From positions 76,290,484-76,354,483 of the forward strand of contig NC_083408.1 of assembly GCF_020745735.1 (NCBI RefSeq): DNA of 64,000 nucleotides, read 5' to 3'. The notes below the pieces were generated by a model that saw only the letters and a list, made by a program, of their open reading frames with translations, did no database searches and was not told where the DNA came from. This DNA comes from Hemiscyllium ocellatum (lineage: Eukaryota). Shown piece after piece: positions 61,801 through 64,000 of this stretch. How positions within the stretch are numbered: position 1 is the stretch's first letter; every line of letters begins with the position of its first letter. The position numbers were made by a program, and so were the translations under genes.

Positions 61801-64000
61801 TGAGTTGAATCTTATTTTTTTTTGGAAAGATTCAAGTTGCATTAAGTTTTATGGATGGATTTCCCTTATCAAACTCAAAATGTTAGCTCTGCTTTTCTCT
61901 CCACAGATGCTGCCAGACTTGCTGAGTTTCTCTAGCAATTTCTGTTTTTGTTTAGCCTCTTTAACTATTCCAATGGCATCCTTCACATTTAATTCCAGTC
62001 CCATCATACAACATGCTGTTCCCAGAACAACTTGCCACTCTTTGGATTTTCTAGAATCCACAGGCATCCCTTGTGACCACATCATCTTTAAAAGCTATTG
62101 TGCACCCGGACCAGTAGTGTCAGTCCAGCCCTACCGTGCATTGTTCCTGACATTTTCCCTGTTAATGGCAGACAGGGGGAAGTTGGTGCCCTGGAGGCCC
62201 TGGTGAATAGAATGGTGCAGAGGGTGTTTGTTCTTTTCCTTCAGAACTGGCAATGGAAGCCACAACACCAGTCCAAGATCGCCACCCGGGTCAGTATAGT
62301 AACAACTGTTTGAAAGAATGCATAGCACTGTTGGAAGGAAGTCAATTATCTTCTCCACTCCACTGATGTAAATCCTACCATATTCTCTACAATACTTTGC
62401 ACTCACTCTATCTTTCCTCATGTATCCATGTCTCACCAAGACTCATGATCTACCATTCTCACAAATCATTTTCCCTCACTCACTGTTACACACTCAACCC
62501 TGACATCACTAACCTTGAATGCCCCTGTGCTACCTACTCACTCACTCAGGTCACCTCCCCACCTGCACTAAAAGTAAAAGATGCACAACCCAGTTTCAAT
62601 TCCTTGAATATCTGCCTCTCTTTCATTCCAGGATGAACGCAGCCCTCATTAAGGCAGAAAAAGCATAAGATGGTTGGTAGGCTACTCAATATTCATCTCC
62701 TCACCCGTTATATAGAGAACATCCTGACTCTGACCATCCTGAATGGCAGACTGACCATTTCCAATACCATGGACTGATATTGAAGGCTTCCTTTAACTTA
62801 TTTACCAGGATGTCCTGAACGAAGGCTGTCTCCCTTGAACAGGAATGCTATCAACCATGACAAGCTTCCTTCCTTTGTGTCTGAGACAGGAAGACAGTAA
62901 TAATATAAACCATTATTCTGCCTGATGGGGGAAAAACACCAATAGGCAAGGCAAGGAAATGCAAGACAGGGGCTGCTGTGTGCATCCAAGTAGATTTAGA
63001 ATGAATAAGCACTATGACAACGTGTGAAGAGCCCAGAGTTGTAGTCGGGACCAATCCATGAGCTGGTCTCATGTTCCTGAGTGCATCGTCTTTGCTGCAG
63101 TATGACAGTGATAGTTGCAACAGTAGTTGCAGATAAGTTCAACCTAAAGGGTAGCATTGAAGTGCCAAAGAATGCTGTAACTGAATCAGAAATGTGCCAT
63201 GAAGATCCTTAAAGGTTGATACATATCAGATGCCAGTGTCTGCAGATAGTGGGTGCCAGTGACTGCTGCTCATGAAATCTGCCCTGAGATATTGGTGTGC
63301 ATTGTCCAACATAGAAGTCATTTGGGGCCAGTGGTAAGCTGAATTCAACAGGTATCTGGTCTGGTGACAGATGAGACAGTTTGATGAGTTTGGTAAGACA
63401 GAAAACTGAATACCGATGAGGCAAGTTGGGCAATCGACAAGGTGTTTAACAAGTAAGAATCCCTCTTAATTGGCAACTCATCGCTGCAGAGCAAGAAACT
63501 TGCCATAAAGCTTGTGAAAAGCATAAAAGATGAAGGGAGATGCTCATGACATCAAATCAGCCTTGCTGGACTTCTTGTCCAATTCTGTCACAAATTGCAG
63601 CATGACCAATGGTCAATCAGTCCAGACCCCCATTTTATTCCATGTGCCACATTCTAGCCCATTTAATTAGTCTGTCCAAGTCATCTTGAAGCCTTATATC
63701 TTCCTCACAATTTATATTCTCACTTAGTTGGGTGTCCTCAACAAATCTGGAAGCATTGATTGATTTCCACATCTAAATTATTTATATAGAATATAAACAG
63801 TCCTGGACCTATTACTGATCCTTGCGGTACCCTATTAGTTATAGCCTATATCCAGAAAATGATCTGTTTACTCCTAGTCTCTGCTTTTGTGACAATTAAT
63901 CAATTCTCAGTCCCCAAAAGTGTACTCCCCCTTCCGTCCCAAATTCCATCTGTGTTAATTTCATTTGGTAGCCATGACTACCTGCGCCTGTGTTGAATTG

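Noticed and set aside
54300-64000. Exons of the next syntenic gene (TRMT61A in mammals) or an ERV 3' LTR
   Set aside because: No recognisable coding motifs or LTR copy found by eye.

Overview
Eukaryotic (vertebrate) genomic DNA, most likely a cartilaginous fish/shark. This is inferred from HE1-like V-SINEs, Deu-domain SINEs, abundant CR1 LINEs and the protein sequences. Genes: the 5' part of COA8/APOPT1 on the minus strand (exon 1 about 11981-12154, exon 2 2550-2747; the rest lies left of the window) is head-to-head with BAG5 on the plus strand. BAG5 has a probable non-coding exon 1 near 12.3 kb and a single coding exon (CDS 31561-32907). The two genes share a CpG-rich promoter with an NRF1-like site. 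Inside the ~19 kb BAG5 intron, on the same strand, sits an intact intronless RPS26 (eS26) retrocopy. It has a strong-looking 3' splice site upstream and AATAAA downstream, so it is a candidate alternative last exon driven by the BAG5 promoter. The rest is mostly transposable elements: CR1 LINEs (one near full length), a full-length but heavily nested L1/Tx1-type LINE (37.7-47.1 kb), and Penelope-like (RT + GIY-YIG) elements. There are also many short Penelope-tail elements carrying minimal type I hammerhead-ribozyme motifs, often inserted head-to-head with 11-14 bp target duplications. A decayed divergent endogenous retrovirus (47.1-54.3 kb) has a 5' LTR, a tRNA-Ser PBS and gag-pro-pol-env(SU). 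TE boundaries were read by eye and are approximate.
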